Below are positions 35,683-47,638 of a stretch of 64,000 nt of DNA, piece after piece. Each line of letters opens with the position of its first letter. Positions within the stretch are counted from its first letter, which is position 1. The notes below the pieces were generated by a model. That model was given only the letters and a program-made list of their open reading frames with translations. It was not told the origin of the DNA and ran no database searches. Position numbers and translations under genes: made by a program. The DNA is from Neophaeotheca triangularis (taxonomy: Eukaryota), in NCBI GenBank assembly GCA_054600435.1, contig BAAIJX010000039.1, forward strand, positions 1-64,000. The letters are read 5' to 3'.

Positions 35683-37384
35683 GAGGCCCAAAGCATCTAT
35701 CTCGGCCGCTGAAATATTGATTAGTCCACTACCAGACATACAGTTTTGAGGATACTCCATTGTGGGAATTCAATCGGAAAGGGAAGCAAGGTATTTGCTG
35801 AAGGCAAGACGAAAGAGGGCAAGGCCACCGCTTTTTTACCATGCCTGGCCTTGAAGAAGGCCTCGCGGGAACCTGGAAGCTGAGAGACAGAGGCGGTGGG
35901 GGCACTGTTCGCAGGGGGTTTTGGCACGTACCTGTGTGTACTAGACGTCTGACTGCAGTAGTGTCGTGTCGTATTCAGCCTCAGCCCTGTGACACGCTTT
36001 CGGGCGCAGAGCTGAGCCTTCAGCCCCTACCTTCCTGCCCAGGTAGGTAGGCTCTAGCTCGCCAGTCGATAGAGTCTCCGGAGTTCCGCTCGCTAGCAGT
36101 GTGATGATTGCAGCTGAAAGGGCCGGGTGAGATGATGTACTTAGGAACGATAGCGCATTCTTTCGACTCTGCTGCTGATCGTATACAGCACAGCTGCTGC
36201 GGGTATGTGGTAAGACGGACAAAGGCGCTAACTAGGCGGCAACGACGTCTGGACGTTGTGGTAAGAAGATAAGGTAGGGCCGCCGGGTCAGATATCAAAG
36301 TATCAATGCTTTCCGATTCTGACGAAAATGGCCGTGAGGCGTCGTCTCTGCTGTGGTTTGTTGGTGTTGATATGAAGGATGCTGTGCCTCGGGACAGGCC
36401 AGTTTTTTTGCGCGTTGCCTCTGACGGGAGATGCAGGTGCAGGTGCAGATGCAAGTGCAAGTGGGATGCTCAGATGGGGACGGGACGGGCGTGATTGCAG
36501 GTTGAGCGCCTCCTCACAAACGACTTGTGCCTTCCGGATTGGACGTATGTGGGAGATGTAATCAAGAGATGTAATCAATAATGATTACATAGTATCAGTA
36601 GTGGTCACTGGAGTCTGGTACATACAGTACCGTACCGTATTGTTGAAACGTTTTGCAGGGCATTAAGGTATTATTACATAGATAGATAGGCTCTTTATCG
36701 ATATTAACAACGGTATGCATCAGAAAGGCAAAGGCCGGACAGCTCTTTGATTGGTCTCCACGTCGATATTCGATACAGCGCTAGCAGCTGGACTACTGCA
36801 GTTGGTCCCCGCGTGCCTGTTCTTGTCAATCCGGATGTCGGCCTCTCCTCTCGCTGTTTGCTCAGCACACCTCATCAATTCCAGGTTAGGTGTAATAATC
36901 TTAATCTAACATAACCTACCTATCAAGGTTTTTACCGTACATACAGTACTTTACCTCACATATTATTAATATCATTACTGTGCGTACTGAATATCACCCA
37001 CCTCACGCCTTCCAGTGCTGCAGTAGCTACCTGACCTTAGCCTGCTATTAGTCGTTGGTGGTTCAGTCCAAAGACTTCCGTGCCAACAACAAGACTCCGG
37101 ACGAGCCAGGTAGCATTATTAGTCTACCATACCATATTAGTACTGTAGTACAGACTGTACAGTACTGTAGCTATCGCGTGGCACGGTGCACCGTCTATCT
37201 CACACAAGCATCAAACCCTCCCCCCACCCTGACACCTTATTTTATTACCTCCCCCTCCCTCTCCCCTCGAACATCAAGGGTCAATGGCCCGCGCCCCGGC
37301 CTAAAGGGATCCAGTTGATTTGATCAACCCAACAACTCTTTCCAGCCTCGGACTTGCTTCCCTCTTCCCTCTGCCTTCGTCGCC

Positions 37385-37408
37385 ATGTCAATTGCCGTCA
37401 CACACGCC

Positions 37409-37439
<31 letters not shown>

Positions 37440-40178
37440 CTTTCAAACACTCGACCGCTGCATCGCGACCCAAGACTGTGCGCCGCCAGCACGTCGCGGG
37501 ACCCGAGGCCGCCGCCGCCGCCGCCGCCGCATCAACCTCCACCCAGGTCGCCCATACTCTAACCGCGTGTACTAGATGTAGAGCGGTGTGTAAGATGCAA
37601 CTATCGCGCACATTCGAATAAGCCTGCTGATTCGTCCGGCCAGCGCAAAACGAGATGCGATCCAGGACTCCCCCGCTGCAATCCGTGCGAACGAACAAAC
37701 TCTGTCTGCGAATACTTCGACTCTAACAAAGGCGGCAATGTGAATCGCAACTATGTCGTCTACCTACAGCACAGGCTGCGCGATTTGGAAGAGGAGCTGG
37801 CGCGAGTCGAAGGCGACGACTCGACCGAGGACGAAGAAGCCATGATGCGCTCGGCTGCGGTGCGAATGCAAGATGCGAAAGAGACAAAGTTCTTGGGTCC
37901 TTCGAGTGGAATCGCAATCACACGCCTCGTCATGCAGTTGGCGAAGCAATTCAACGACGCCAAGTCTATAAAGGATATAGTCTCGGAGGACAAAGCGCAA
38001 CAGATCAAGGAACTCTACAACCAAGAACAGGCCAAGCCGACATCAAAGGTCTATCCGCTCACCAGCGATGTCGCCGCTGATCAGTTGCCCAACCGCGCTC
38101 TCGGCGGCATGCTGCTCCACCTGTACAGGCTCAAGGTACAGCCCATGTACCCGGCACTCCATGAACCAACTCTCGACAAGGATTTTGAGGCGGCGTACAC
38201 GAATTGCCCAGCCGCGACTGCTTATCAGAACTTTGTCTGCCGCATGGTCATTGCCATCAGCCTCCAGAAGATGGACACCCAATACGCTGGCTTGGCGGAC
38301 AGCTACTACCTTGCGGCATTGACCTTCTTTCAAGAAGTGGTGAAACCGATGAACCTCCAAACGTTGCAGTGCTTTGCACTCATGGCTGAGTACTCGCTAT
38401 TGACTCCAACACGTACGGCCATTTATTACATTGTAGGATTGGCGGTCCGCCTGCTCCAAGCTCTCGGATACAATGAAGAAAAGACACTAAGTAAACCAGG
38501 CCCAGACGGCAGGATCGACGTCTTGGAGGTGGACATGCGAAGGCGGATTTTTTGGTGCATTCTCGTCATGGAATGTGGTTTGTCGCACTCGTTGGGCAGG
38601 CCTTGCATATTAGCAACGAATCAGGACCACATTGACGTGGGATGGTTCGAGACTTGCGACGACAAGTACATCACACCTGAAGGAATCGACCCTGCCGCCC
38701 ATAGACCGCTCCTCTCCAAATGGGTATCAATACATTTCTTCAAAATGAGACTCTTGCAACTTGAGATTCGAAGGAAGCTGTACCAAAAGAAAAGACCAGA
38801 GCCGAAGAACGACCAACATGAGTGGTTCATTCAGATGCAGGCCAAACTCTCCGCGTGGGTGGATGCATCTCCAAACCAAGACGAAGGTTCAGGTATCGAC
38901 AAGAGATGGTTCATCGGACGCTACAACACCATGGTCGTCTTCCTCTACCGGCCGTCTCCCCAAGTCCCTCGCCCCTCGCTGGACGCAGCACTAAAGTGTT
39001 ACGATGCTTGCGAATACAACATCTACATGCAGCGAGAGCAAATCACCAAACGCAATGTCGACCTGACTTGGATTTTCACACAGTCAATTTTCATGGCGAT
39101 CAACACCATGCTGTGGTCTTTAAGCTACGAAGAGGTCCGTCGGCGACATAGCAAGGACGAAGTGGGAAAGCACCTCGACGTAGCAATGGATGCAATACAG
39201 CTTGCTTCTGAGCGCTGGCCTGGTGTCGCTTCAGCAGTACAACTTTACCACAATCTGATCAACGCAGTCATGAAGATTTACGAGAAAGACGGCGACGTAC
39301 CGATATCAGCGGCTTCACCCTCGGATCAAGCTACTTCGCCGGCGCAGGTATTCTCAGATGGCACAAATCGCTCACGTGGCACTAGTCCGGCGACGGTAGC
39401 TAGTAGTCCCATCGCCACACCGCCCGAAACTCGCTACGGCTATGTCCAGCGAGGCTCCAGAGGTAGCGTGGAGCAGCCACCACCCGAGCCGTATCAAAGC
39501 AACACCCCACCACACCAAGCACAATCGTCATACCAACAGCAACAGCAACAACAGCAAACCATGCAAGCCATGCAAAACGCTCAAGAACCCCTCTCAAACC
39601 CTTACCAACAATACCAACAGCAATTTGTAAACTTCGACCCCTCGAGCTCCCTCAACCCCCTCCCGCAGTTCACACCGGAGCTTACCATGCCCGGCTGGAA
39701 CCCCGCCTTCGCCTCACACCAACCACCTTCCTACCATACCTATTCCCTCACCAATAATGCCCCGTCCTACCCCCAACCCTACCAACCCTACCCTCTCCCC
39801 CAATCCCAACCCCAACCCCACTCCTCAACATTCGACCCCACCCCTTACCCCTACCCAGACCCCCTCATCCCGACAAACCCCTCCCAACCCCAAACCCAAG
39901 ACAACATGCCCTCCCTCGACCAACAATTCCTACCGCTCCCGCAACTCTGGGGCCCCAGCGACACCCCCGATACAGCCATGTTCAACGACGCCCCGGGGCT
40001 GAATCAGTCGCAGCACGAGGAGCTCATGCTGGCGCTGGAGAATGAGGGCATGGAGGACATCCAAACGTTGATTACCGGGGCTGTAGACGCCATGGCTGCT
40101 GCCACTGGAAAAACGGGAGCGGTGCTGGGGCAGGGCAGTCAGGGAAGTCAGGTAGATTCGGGTGGGAGGGCGTATTAG
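37385..40178 (+). CDS. Zn(II)2Cys6 transcription factor with Fungal_trans domain (Ppr1/UaY-like group)
   Basis: ACTRCRA|RKTRCDPGLPRCNPCERTNSVC (intron 37586-37643), DMRRRIFWC..LSHSLGRP, Q/P-rich tail. Confidence 0.9.
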
Positions 40179-40872
40179 AGCCTTTCCTGGGGCGGGACAC
40201 TCGCGAGGTGTGGGTTATTGTTTTGTTGGTTCCAGGGTGGCTGGTTGCATTGCGGGATGGCGGTTTTGGATTTTGACGGCTGAGCTGGCGCTCAACAAAG
40301 CTGAGATGGGAGGGGAAAAATGGAAACGAAAAAAACGCGCACGCGGCTCGCTTTTAACGATGGAAATGACTTATGCTGGGCGGGCTGGGGGAGAACACGG
40401 TAGCTGCTACAGCCAGCTTTGGTCGGTGCTTTGGGTATGCGCTTATTATCATGCTGGACGATGGAGGGACTTTCTTGCTTGCGGATTGAACTGCTGGACG
40501 GTCATGTAGAGCGAGGAGTTGGAGGCGCTTCTTTTTACGACAATGGCAACTCTTGCCTGGCGAGGTGTTTGAGTGGCATTAGCTAGACTGAGTTAGTGGT
40601 AACGACGCTCCTTCTTCATGTCTCGACACTCTCTCTTCCGTTTTTTGCTCTACTGGTGCGTGCCGGCTTTTGTGTTAGTTGGTACCACAGAAAGAGATCA
40701 CGCCTGCTGCACGCTTTGGGCGAGCGGGACGAGAAGGTCAGGTCCTTCGCGGCAGGCACCACTGGTACTGAAAGCCAGACATAATGAGTGATTTCGTTTT
40801 GTCAATCTGTACTTTTTTCATACAAGCGGACGGCTGATCTAGGTAGGCGGATATCGTAACATCTATTCGACG

Positions 40873-40876
<4 letters not shown>

Positions 40877-40908
<32 letters not shown>
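40877..40908. repeat. (CT)n microsatellite, about 16 units
   Basis: Directly visible. Confidence 0.9.
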
Positions 40909-40911
<3 letters not shown>

Positions 40912-41378
40912 GCTCAAAGTACAGTCTTGTCGTAGCAGACTTTTTGCCGCCTTAAAGCTCAGCGACCAGAACCTTTCCGCAACTCGTCCCTTGCTCCTGC
41001 ACTTCTTTCGTGCAGGATATGTATAGCGTTAGATGGTGGTGGTGGTGGCGTCCGAGTCTTAGAAGACACATTCACGGCTGATATTCCGGCCGGCTTCTCT
41101 CGGTCTCTGTCTTTGTTTGATTTTCAGGTGTTGTGTCAGGGGGTATAAACAAATGCTCGCAATGCGTGAACGCTCAAATCGGGGGTATTCTTTTTGGTTT
41201 CGATTTTGTGGAAAACAGGAGAAACACGAATCGTTTGGAGGACGATCCGGAGAGAAACAGGACTTTTGCAGGTATTCCTGCGTGTTTAAGTGTGTCTTGA
41301 TGGTGTGTCCAAGAGTAGGTGTGGTGTGTAGTCGTGGTGTGGATCGGCGATGCGGAACAAGGCGGACGGAAGGTCGTG

Positions 41379-43266
41379 CTATGAGCTGCGCACACCCATC
41401 ATTTGGTTCGGACCATTTGCAGTGAAAGGAGGTGAATTTGCTACGCCATAGTCCTGCTTAGATGTTAGTGAGCGCTACTTCCCAACATAGGGGTCAAGCA
41501 TGCACTGCCGCAATGTCTCCAAAGGATTGTCCGAACTGCTTACATGGACAGAGCCAACAATGGTTTGATCGTTTAGCGCGAGGGATTTGAATCCCTCGAT
41601 AGCTATCCCGCTTTATCACATTGTTTCATTCAAGCTCGTCCTGCTCAGTCGATCCCTATTCGAGTCGTGCATGGTAGCCTGGAATCCGACCACTGACCTT
41701 TCGTTTCTGCCGCTTGCCGCCGCTGCTGGCTCTGTCGTCCATGCCGCCTGTACTATAGCCGTCGTCCTCGAAGCCCTCGTAGCCGGTATAGCTGCTGTCG
41801 TCGTAACGCCGCTTCTTGTTCTGCCGTTCGGGCCTCTGCAAGTTTCGTGGCGAAGCAGGTGCAGAGTTGCGACCGAAATTGGCAGGATGCGTCTTGCCCA
41901 TAGCTTTGCCGGCCACGGTTTTCGTTGGTGCGACCAATGGCGTGCCCTTCTTAGCGGCAGCCGGTTCGTCGAGGCCGAGCTCTCTGCTCCATTGATGGTC
42001 CTCTTGCTCCGGAAGCTTCCCCGGCGCAAACGACAGAGCAGCGTCCAGTCTTGCGAACAGCTGATCCTCCTGACCACTACCGAGCATGGTCTCTGCATGG
42101 GTCGCGGTCCACCATGTACCGCCGTCCTCAGTTGTGTTGTTCCATGCCGGATCTACAAGCCCCTCGAGCTCCGCTTTGCCTGCTTTAGCTTTGGGCTTCC
42201 CTTCTAGGCCTAGATTTTTGACCTTGCTCTCGTAAGACTTGCGTAGCTTGTTGATCTTCTCGCCGGTGACAGGGTCCTTGCGAGCGACGGATTGCTGGAT
42301 GTCCTGCAAAGAGTACATCTCCAAAAGATTGTCGGCAGGCTTCGGTTGTGACACCGGAACGTCTAGAGTAAAACGCATTTAGCAAAGGGAAGACAAGTAA
42401 GGCAAAGCAAAAGGGCCGCAAAACTTACGCTGCGTGCGGAGCAAGTGAAGCGCACACGCACCTGGTACAAGCTCCTGAGAAGCATCGCCTTCAGCAGTCG
42501 TATCCGTGGTGATCGGCTCGTGGTCTGTCTTTCTGCGCTTGGCTTCTTCAGACTTGGACGACTCGGCTTCGGTCTCGTCTCGCTCGCGTTTGCGGGAATT
42601 CATCTCCTCATGGCCAGGGAAGCCGTCTTTGCCATCTACAAAGGCGGTCTCCTCATCCGGCTTCTTAGGACTTGATGGCATGCTTGTCACGTTGTGGCTG
42701 GGCCTTGCTTCTCCTATGTCGTGGCTTGCATTCCCATGCTTCTCAGTTGAGGACATATATCCTTCAGTCTTCAGCTTTTTGGGTGGCGTTGCTGAATCAC
42801 CAGTCGAGGATTGCTGTCTTTCAGACAAACTTGTCGCATCTCCTTCCTCGCGCTTGCGCTTGAGGTGTTCCGCGTTTCCACCTTCCTTGGCATCACCAGA
42901 TGTCTGCCGCATCCTCTGCTGGGACCCTAACTCTACTTTGCGCGCCTCTGAATCGCTCTGCTCGACCTCTGTAGCTGGTGTGTTCTGCCCAGTGCGCAAA
43001 CTACCCTCGCTGCTTCCGGTCCTGCCCATTGGGGGATTTTGGCTCTCAAAAGGTGGGGTAGTGGAGGTATTGTTGCTAGCACCATTGCCTGCGCCTGTGA
43101 TTGAATGGTTCGAACTCCATGACGGAGACATGTGGACTGAGGGTGGTGGGGTTTGTGGTGCCTGGTTTCCTTTGAGGGAGTCCTTTGTTGTTGTGGTGAA
43201 GGGTGGAGATGCTGGGCTAAAGGATCGGCGCTGACGTTTTGGCGAAGCGTCACCAGATGAGGACAT
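41379..43266 (-). CDS. MED19: Mediator subunit Med19/Rox3
   Basis: PQTPPPS, then NLLEMYSL..VARKDPVTGEKINKLRKSYESKVKNLGLEG (Rox3-like domain) and a basic tail. Introns 42363-42428 and 41454-41697; the last exon reads DYGVANSP...MMGVRSS*. Confidence 0.8.
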
Positions 43267-43990
43267 GGGGTAGGTTGTGGCGGAGAAGAAGCTGTGGATG
43301 GCGAAGGTGTACAGATATGGGTGTAGGAATGGATACCGGGTTGTCGCAGGTGAAGCCCGGCTTCACTCCCGCGGCCAAGTCTTCGAGGGCGCTGTCTCAA
43401 GAGTGGAGCTGCCGTTGTCTCATTCGAGGTGTGAAATGTAAGTGTCCAGTTGGTACGGATGTGTTTCCGATCGTGGTCCGTCGTTGGTGATGGTCAGATT
43501 GGAAAAGTCGTACTGGCGGATTTGGTGAATGGGAAGGAGATCGGCGGTGGTGGTGGTGTTGAAGGTGAAGGTGTGGTGGTGTGGTGTCGATGATGGGCGG
43601 GCGGGCGGGCGTGCGTGCTAGCCTACCTTACCTTAGGTAGCCTAGCGGGCGCTGAGCGGATGTGGGTACCGTGGCTTAGTCATCGGTGCCTACTAGTAAC
43701 GTTAGAGGTAACCTGGAAGTTAAGGTACCTACCTACCTTACCTAGGTACACTCGGTACATAGTAGTACTCGACGAGCTTCCACTCACAGACCTCCTGATC
43801 CCAAGGTTATGACTGCAGGTGCCTTTTAGATTGTGTCTGCTGTCATTACTAGTATTGTTCGCAACAACAACCTGGAATCTCATAACAGCCACGTCTGGTT
43901 TGCTGTTTGCTGTTTGCTGGTAAAACGCGCCATAGCGACCATCACCGGCATTCTCACAGTACTTACCTTATGTGAAGCACACCACACAAC

Positions 43991-45130
43991 ATGGACGACG
44001 ATATTGTCGGAGCTGGTCCCTCGAGGAATCCATCTGGACCCAGTACTTCGCGCCCTCTCAATCCACAGAAGAATGCAGCCCTTGACAGAAGAGAAGGTCA
44101 GTCTCAGCCGAAAAAGACTGGCGTCGTACAACCCAAGCCTCAGGCGCTGGCGAAACGCTCCGGGCCAAGCAGCGTGATCGTCTCGCCACGCCAGAAAGGA
44201 AATCCGATCTTGAACCACATCAAATCAATGCCTTGGGAGTATGGCGATATCCCGGCGGACTATGTTCTCGGTGCTACGACCTGCGCGCTGTTCTTGTCGT
44301 TGAAGTACCACAGACTTCATCCGGAATACATCTACACTCGTATCAAGCAACTGCAGGGAAAGTACAACTTGAGAGTAGTATTGACCATGGTCGACATCGA
44401 CAACCACGAGGAGTCTCTCAAGGAGCTCAGCAAAACGAGTCTCGTCAACAACGTCACCATTATCTTGGCCTGGAGTTCGGCGGAAGCTGGCAGATATCTA
44501 GAACTCTTCAAGACCTATGAGAATTCGCCAGCGACAAGCATACAGCAGCACCAGAGTACTACTTACAGTGATCGCATGGTCGACTTCATCACTACGCCGC
44601 GCAGTATCAACAAAACCGACGCAGTCTCGCTCGTCAGCCAGTTTGGCTCTGTGAAAACGGCAGTCAATGCGCGACACGAGGACATCTCTGGGATTGCTGG
44701 CTGGGGCGAGAAAAAGGTACAGCGATGGTGCGCGGCTGTACGAGAGCCGTTCCGTGTCCAAAGAACGGCGAAGCGCGGGCTTGCGCGCGAGGACACAACC
44801 GCTTCTCAAGCCGTTCCAAGAGCGCAAACGCTTTCGAGAGATGTCACTAGAGGAGAGACTGCAATCAGCAAAAGCACCACTCCCGCACCTGTCACAGCTG
44901 ATGCCGACCTTAGACCTGATACACGTCCGGCCGAAGAGGTGTCACTTCCAGACACGTATGTGGAAGATGAAGAGGCTCTCGCTGAGGCCATGACTGCGCC
45001 CGCCGTACCACCTAAACGTTCCGGAGCCCCCCCTGAAAATGAACCGGAACCGAAGAAGCGCAAGCCAGAAGACGATCCGCTCAGTGATGGTGTCATGGCA
45101 GCATTAAGCAAGTTGAGAAAGAACGGATGA
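43991..45130 (+). CDS. RAD10: ERCC1/Rad10/Swi10 nucleotide excision repair endonuclease subunit
   Basis: VSPRQKGNPIL, DYVLG..CALFLSLKYHRLHPEYI, AWSSAEAGRYLE, and HhH segments (SINKTDA..GWGEKK). Confidence 0.95.
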   Translation: MDDDIVGAGPSRNPSGPSTSRPLNPQKNAALDRREGQSQPKKTGVVQPKPQALAKRSGPSSVIVSPRQKGNPILNHIKSMPWEYGDIPADYVLGATTCALFLSLKYHRLHPEYIYTRIKQLQGKYNLRVVLTMVDIDNHEESLKELSKTSLVNNVTIILAWSSAEAGRYLELFKTYENSPATSIQQHQSTTYSDRMVDFITTPRSINKTDAVSLVSQFGSVKTAVNARHEDISGIAGWGEKKVQRWCAAVREPFRVQRTAKRGLAREDTTASQAVPRAQTLSRDVTRGETAISKSTTPAPVTADADLRPDTRPAEEVSLPDTYVEDEEALAEAMTAPAVPPKRSGAPPENEPEPKKRKPEDDPLSDGVMAALSKLRKNG

Positions 45131-45198
45131 TATGGCGAAACTTTTCCATTCAATGAAGCAGATCGATCTATGGCAACAGTCCCAAGTCTTAAAGTTTA

Positions 45199-46512
45199 TC
45201 ACGACCAATCATGCCCATCAACAATCCTCCGAGCATATCTCGCAAGCTTGAGGCAGATGTGGTCCTCTTTAGCGAGATGTTTGCCCCCTATCGGCACTCC
45301 CTGGCGGTCTTTGGGAGAATCCGCCGGCATCAACAGACTATGCCATCTCTCTTGTCTCGCCTGCATCTGCTCAATCAGCGCAACGAAAGAAACACAACAG
45401 TCGTTCCCATCGCTCGGCCCATACACCTCGGCCTTCACAACCTTCTTGGCCATCACCATCCACTCTCCGGCCGACAGATCGATATTAAACCCCGCTGCAC
45501 ATTCCCAGCCTCCAGTGTGCAGATGCGAGTTATGCTGCGAAAGCTCAGCGAGTCGGAATTTTTTGCTCACACCCTCGGATTCGGCTCTCGCGGCTTCGGC
45601 GGTGATGGAATCAAGTATTTTGCCAAAGCGCTCGGCTATTGTAACTAACAGCGTGCCGAGCAGCTGGGTGTTTTGAATTGCGGTTATGAAGCTCTTGGGA
45701 CATTGCTGGCAGGTTACGACTTCAGAGGCCGTTTGCATGGCACTGCGTAGGGGACGGAAAGCAAAGGGGAAGGGGAAAGTGGAGTCCATGTTCTGCAGAT
45801 CTGAGAGGGTTAGGTACATGGTGCTTAGGCAGGCGCAACCACTTTGATTGGGGAGGTTCGTGGTGCTGTTGTTGGTTTCGGCGGCGGCTTGCGTGGGATT
45901 TTGCGTGTAACTGGAGAGAAGTGGGTCGAGGAAGGGCTGAGCGTTCAAGTCGTGGGTGTTGCCGTGAGCATGCTGCCCTCCCGATTGCAGTTCTGGTAGA
46001 AGGTTGACGGTCGGAGGCGAACGTCCGCTCGATGAATCGGGCGTCAGTTCAGGCACTGAAAGCAGCCGATCGTGAGAAGGGGCTTGAAAATCATCCAACA
46101 CAGCATCGAAATTCCAGTTCTGCTGCTCGTGCAACCAAGGCTGCAAGCCGCCATCGGCTGCGAAAGCACCGTCAAAGGTGTCGGAATCCAGATGATGATG
46201 AGGCCCCGCGCTGCTGCCAACTTCCTCAACACCGTCCTGGTGAGCGGACAAGGCCCCCTCACGTCCTCCTCCCGCGCTTACTCTCCTCTGCCCACCCTCC
46301 GACCCTTCCTCCTCACTCCTCGCCCTCTTTTTCGGTCGCCCCATTCGTTTCTGCACGCTGTAAACGCACGGCAACTCCTCCCTCACGCAGCGTGCACAAG
46401 CTGGTTGCTCGCCAGTGCACTTGAGCTTCTTGGTCCGGCATTCGTCGCAAGCTGCTCTTTTCTTGACAGACGAGGGATCTGATGATGCCTGGTGAGCAAC
46501 TTCGAGATCCAT
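45199..46512 (-). CDS. Zn(II)2Cys6 transcription factor with AflR-like C-terminal region
   Basis: ACDECRTKKLKCTGEQPACARCVREELPCVYS..MGRP, with later CACL and CQQC motifs. Confidence 0.85.
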   Translation of the reverse strand: MDLEVAHQASSDPSSVKKRAACDECRTKKLKCTGEQPACARCVREELPCVYSVQKRMGRPKKRARSEEEGSEGGQRRVSAGGGREGALSAHQDGVEEVGSSAGPHHHLDSDTFDGAFAADGGLQPWLHEQQNWNFDAVLDDFQAPSHDRLLSVPELTPDSSSGRSPPTVNLLPELQSGGQHAHGNTHDLNAQPFLDPLLSSYTQNPTQAAAETNNSTTNLPNQSGCACLSTMYLTLSDLQNMDSTFPFPFAFRPLRSAMQTASEVVTCQQCPKSFITAIQNTQLLGTLLVTIAERFGKILDSITAEAARAESEGVSKKFRLAELSQHNSHLHTGGWECAAGFNIDLSAGEWMVMAKKVVKAEVYGPSDGNDCCVSFVALIEQMQARQERWHSLLMPADSPKDRQGVPIGGKHLAKEDHICLKLARYARRIVDGHDWS

Positions 46513-47638
46513 GGGGGTGATGTTTTGGTGGGAACTGGTGGGTCGGTGTGGCGGTTGTCACGGGCGTCGAAGTTTACTAGTTGTTTCAAGACATGGACTA
46601 CGAGGCTGCCTGTGGTGGTGACTTCTGCTTCAAAGATCTTGAAGGCATGTAACAACAGTTTGAATTTAGCCTTTGAGATGAGGTCTGCTAGTAGTTTGCC
46701 GTGTATGTAAGCTTCGTCGGTCATCCTAGCTGGAGGTACTTATTAGTACCTTAGGTATTCATCAGCCCTCGACCAAGATCGGCCTTCGCTCAACAGGCAA
46801 GGCGGGGACGCCACTTCAAGTTGTCAGGTCAGCCCCTGCCCCGCGATTTCTTAATAAAGTGCTTGCAGGGGGTGGGGGCAGTAATATTACCAAGTACGGT
46901 ATTGCTCGCCATTGCTGAACCCGCTGTCGTGGGTGGCTTCGCAGCTCTACGAACCGACTCGAACAGGAGTCTGCTTTGCCATTACTGTGTATTTATGTTG
47001 CGACATGTCCCGTTGGCAAGTCCCGCCCCCACTGCAGGTATGGGTGAAAGATAGCGCAAAGTAAGCATTATCTCAAGGTAAGGGATTAGGGAATGCTAAT
47101 CGCTCTCTTCGCGACACATTTGTAGATGGAAAACCCGGCAAGGCGCTTTGAACAACCTTGCGCGAATCCCTCCAGTCATCCCAAGGACACCCGACCTCGT
47201 GGTCATTCCTGCTGGGCGTTGACGACGCTGCTCATGCTGGCTGCCTTGCCACTCTGCCGCAGTGCATACCTGTGTGACAGGTCCAGTACCAATTGGCGCT
47301 AACGGTTGGACGCCAAGATAGAGCGAGATGCTGGCCGGCACGACCCAAACAGACTTCGTCCAGCCGCTAGCGTGAAATAGCCAGTCATCGAATCAAACGA
47401 GCACATGACCCTTGGTCTCTACCAAAACCGCAAGACATCTGCATGTGATTTGCTTTCTTTATGTGAAGGCGTCAAGAGACTACCATAGCGCTATGCTTGG
47501 ATCGACTTGTTCCGGGCGTGACAGTCTGGCTCTGCCTTGTCAGATGAGGCCGCCGTCCGAACATCTCAGGGGTTCAAAGGCCAGGCTACTGCCACCTTTC
47601 CTCCAGCATGTCTTCTTCGCTACCTTACACCCACTACG

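Noticed and set aside
41544..41640. SECIS element or TPP riboswitch reading of the MED19 hairpin
   Set aside because: The TPP aptamer consensus is absent. TGA readthrough would still be out of frame (97-nt exon), and Dikarya are not known to use selenocysteine.
8216..45130. MPH1, CDC9 and RAD10 as a DNA-repair gene cluster
   Set aside because: They are separated by more than 13 kb of unrelated genes, which is compatible with chance in a housekeeping-rich region.
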